Source: Takakia lepidozioides (Eukaryota; Plantae; Bryophyta). Taken from it: a stretch of DNA of 25,000 bases. The stretch is taken from the NCBI GenBank assembly GCA_030704615.1, contig JAKLZA010000026.1, positions 1 through 25,000 on the forward strand, in the 5' to 3' direction. Positions 22,301-25,000 of this stretch are shown one piece after another. Both the position numbers and the translations under genes were made by a program. How positions within the stretch are numbered: the first letter of the stretch is position 1; every line of letters begins with the position of its first letter. Under the pieces are notes generated by a model, which was not told where the DNA came from, did no database searches, and saw nothing but the letters and a program-made list of their open reading frames with translations.

Positions 22301-24739
22301 ATTACTACATACATTCCACTCAACCAGCTCACCATCTGTTTGGGCTTTGCACACAGGAAATGGAGCCACCAGCTACCCTGGTGTGTGAGCTGCGGCCATA
22401 TCAAAAACAAGCTTTGCAGTGGATGACAAGTCTGGAAATGGGTGCTGCTACTGAAGATGCAGCTCGCTCACTTCATCCCTGCTGGGAGGCATATCATCTA
22501 GCTGCTGGGTATGCTGACAATCGGCCTCCTATTTTTGTAGATGCCAATGTTTCGTTTGGTTAATCACGGTGGAGTTCAAGATTTTGTCAATCATATGCAA
22601 AATCTCTCCTTTTATCCTCCTAGCGAAGTTGTTGGAGGAGATTGAGCACAACATTAGTAAGGCCACAAACAAAATGTTTTTCTAGAGTGAAGGAAGTCCC
22701 ACTACTGGAGTGAGTCCCTCACAAAGATCTAGTGTATTCCCTCTGTTTCTGTACAAACTGGGCACAGGGTCTATGAGTCTTATGAGTAGATTCTTTTCTT
22801 TTTCTTCAGTAGTCATTTGTTGGTTTATGATGAGGCAAGTCTGATAGGGCATTTGCATGAAATAAAAAGTCTTCTCTCTCACAGGATGTACTTTCTGGAA
22901 ATTGGTTGCAGGGAAGGGACAGTATTTTATCTCAATGTCTTCTCTGGCGAGGCAACCCTGGATTTTCCCAGTGCACTACAAGCTGCACGAGGAGGGGTGA
23001 GACTGTCTAATGTGTTATTGGTGCTTTTTGTTTCTGTATTGCCAGAGATGTGTCTACCTCTCTTGTCCTCACTTTGACAACATACTAGGTTGTCATAGCA
23101 ACCATCAATTGCTGAAGAGGAAGATGTGGTTGGCAGGCCACCATGCTTGTCAGGCTCCTGAAGGGCAATGAAAAGCTTTGATGACAGTGCATTGAGGCAC
23201 ATGAGCACAAGCTTATGTTCTGCCAGGACCATGCATTAGTGGATCCAGAGTCTTCCAGAGTATGTGAATGAGCCATGTGTACATCAACTTGTATCCTGGA
23301 GAATAGTTTGACTTAGAACCTTATATCATTGGTTGATACCTTGGGCACAAAGGAAAACATCTTAAAAAGGTAAACCAGTGAAGCAAAAGGTTGGAGGAAG
23401 GACAGGAGGCCTGGTCAATCACTAGAAGGCTTTACTTTTGCTCACACACCTGAGAACTCAACTTATGTGTATGTTCCCATGATTGAAGACTTTCTCCTAC
23501 AATCCCTTGCTTCTTGGCTTTCTCCAAAGCCCTCCTTCCAAAGATCGGTTGCCGTCTACTAGTTCACCCACTATTTAATGTTAGAGGCATGTAGTTGATG
23601 TAACACATACTCGGAGTCAACCTTAAGATAGGCCAAGATGTGTTGATCTTTCTTGAATACTTCAAAGTACAAATGCTCTTCATTTTCAATATGCCCATTG
23701 CCATGCCACCACGGGTAGGTTTTTATGGGAGGGTCTGCGCTTGAGGATGCGGTAAGGGGGGTGGGGGTACTGTAGATGAAGTGATAGGTGGGGAAGAGTT
23801 TGTGAAGGAGGCAGTTGCTGATTCCCCTCTATTTATGTGATGGACCGACCCTGATGAATAGTTTTCATGCTAGTGCAGATCCTGGCAGATGCTATGGGTT
23901 TGGGGAAGACTGTGATGACGATTTCGCTTATACTGGCCAATCCTGGCAGAGGAGGTTCATGTCTTGTCAACAGTCTTGAAGCAACCGATAGGGGTTCCAC
24001 AACTCAATTGCAGGAGGAATCCAGCAGTCAACCGAATCCATGCACCCCCATCAAAAATCTAAGCAAGGACTTGAAAAGCTCTAAATACACTGCGCGGAAG
24101 GGAGGAGGCACCCTCATAGTCTGTCCATTGACTTTGCTTGGCCAATGGAAGGTGAGATTGTCAGACATGTTCTCTTTGCCACACCTCCCACTCTTGGGTT
24201 AGACCAAGCACTAAACTGCTATAGTTAGTTTTCATCCACTTGTGGGTAACTAAAGTAAGGGATCCAAGGCTCAAAACCCTTGCAACATGATGAAGAACTC
24301 AATATAGCTATCAACCTAGCAGCGACTGAAATGTAGAGGTTTGGAAATGTGAGTGCACAGTGGTGATGTGCTTGTAAGAATATTCCGATTAGCCCTTCAC
24401 AGAGGTCGGTTGATACATGCCTGCACATTTGTGATCCACATTTTTTGCTTATGCTGGCTATCCAGTTGTCCACAACTAGAGTAGTGTAGTTGGTTGCTGT
24501 TGTGAGTGTTGGGTTGAAGTAGATAGAGCAGAACCTGAGACCAAGAAAGAAAAACAGAAGATGTGACAGCATAGAAAAATTGGTTGTTGCAGGCAGAGTT
24601 TGAATCACATGTTACAGGAGGCACATTATCAGTTTATGCACACTATGGAACCGACCGTGTGCGAGAATGCAAGGCTCTAATGGAACATGACATTGTCTTG
24701 ACGACCTATGGCGTGTTGGCCTCTGAATGGAGCCAACCT
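18285..24739 (+). CDS. RAD5: DNA repair protein RAD5A-like (CUE-HIRAN-SNF2 ATPase; RING expected downstream), 3'-partial; join(18285..19316,20171..20304,20566..20704,21112..21174,21602..21772,22357..22508,22912..22996,23879..24151,24593..24739), 732 aa so far
   Basis: N-terminal CUE/UBA-like SEMDLIRALHLSRNDVSSAINILFD, HIRAN (EIVRFS...GEVGRIPGDWARSLIPL), FTPEDLYSRKR, Q-motif ELRPYQKQALQWM, LHPCWEAY, Walker A GGILADAMGLGKT, motif Ia TLIVCPLTLLGQW, DIVLTTYGVL. All introns are GT-AG and phase-consistent. Confidence 0.95.
18476..18769 (+). repeat. In-frame 147-bp tandem duplication (2 copies, 49 aa) in RAD5 exon 1
   Basis: KASARPSTQVHNR(E/Q)ERSSMP(S/T)SQPNSVKANSTDRVTPIHVLPSSSLA twice; about 5 nt differences by eye. 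Confidence 0.95.
19934..20039. repeat. Degenerate ~51-bp tandem duplication in RAD5 intron 1
   Basis: ggcaggtgg...ccagaact(t/g)tgcatatac(g/a)gatgt occurs twice, starting at 19934 and 19985. Confidence 0.75.
20171..20304 (+). CDS. RAD5: RAD5 exon 2 (HIRAN)
   Basis: VGRIPGDWARSLIPLIQTGKVRVHATCRTAPATLSLMDSIVVDI; donor CA|GTAAGC. Confidence 0.88.
20566..20704 (+). CDS. RAD5: RAD5 exon 3
   Basis: VYVSRSLF...QPLPSLLRLLHREPFMK; donor GTGAGC. Confidence 0.88.
21112..21174 (+). CDS. RAD5: RAD5 exon 4
   Basis: AAFTPEDLYSRKRSLDLEICQ; TTTTCAG acceptor, GTAACA donor. Confidence 0.88.
21602..21772 (+). CDS. RAD5: RAD5 exon 5
   Basis: GSSSESQ...DEDVNKLVGTSDSCQLE; phase 0/0. Confidence 0.82.
22357..22508 (+). 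CDS. RAD5: RAD5 exon 6 (Q motif)
   Basis: EMEPPATLVCELRPYQKQALQWM...LHPCWEAYHL. Confidence 0.92.
22912..22996 (+). CDS. RAD5: RAD5 exon 7
   Basis: EGTVFYLNVFSGEATLDFPSALQAARGG; an alternative in-frame acceptor would start the exon at 22885. Confidence 0.85.
23879..24151 (+). CDS. RAD5: RAD5 exon 8 (Walker A, motif Ia)
   Basis: ILADAMGLGKTVMTISLI...GGTLIVCPLTLLGQWK. Confidence 0.94.
24593..24739 (+). CDS. RAD5: RAD5 exon 9
   Basis: AEFESH...HDIVLTTYGVLASEWSQP; donor GTGAGC. Confidence 0.9.
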
Positions 24740-25000
24740 GTGAGCCTCCTCAAAACCCTGTGGTTTCTCATTTCTCTCTGTAGTATTCTCCTTCAGCTCA
24801 GCTGACTTGTGTCCTACTACTGCTCATGTTGGTACTATGCTGGTACTTTCCAGAGGATCAGTATACCACAGGTGCCTAGAATGCAGGAGTGGAAAGATAA
24901 TTATTGCAGGGGATGGAAAAAGAGTGCATTTCCACTTATATAGATTTCTGTGTTTGTTTTCTAATATTCGTACGCTGCGCATGTGTGAGACAGAACTTTC

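Noticed and set aside
24287-24329. Box C/D snoRNA (ATGATGA...CTGA) in a RAD5 intron
   Set aside because: Too short (~43 nt), with no terminal stem and no recognisable rRNA antisense element.

Overview
Eukaryotic, intron-rich land-plant genomic DNA; a non-seed plant such as a bryophyte is inferred from the single SWI3A/B-type gene and is not proven. Three spliced protein-coding genes were reconstructed by hand with phase-consistent GT-AG introns. (1) A class I LOB-domain transcription factor, LBD20-like (+ strand, 2 exons, 3756-5803, 244 aa), behind a long purine/G-rich leader. (2) A SWI/SNF core subunit SWI3A/B (- strand, 9 coding exons, ~14171-9168, ~761 aa) with SWIRM, degenerate ZZ, SANT and leucine-zipper domains. 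(3) A RAD5A-type CUE-HIRAN-SNF2 helicase (+ strand, 9 exons from 18285, running off the window end), head-to-head with SWI3. The most unusual non-coding feature lies between SWI3 and RAD5: a young 4 x 95-bp tandem array directly followed by a ~190-nt highly self-complementary segment ending in T-runs, a candidate structured ncRNA or non-autonomous element. RAD5 exon 1 carries a recent in-frame 147-bp (49-aa) duplication. No CRISPR array, tRNA, rRNA or transposase was recognised, and most short ORFs in the track look spurious.
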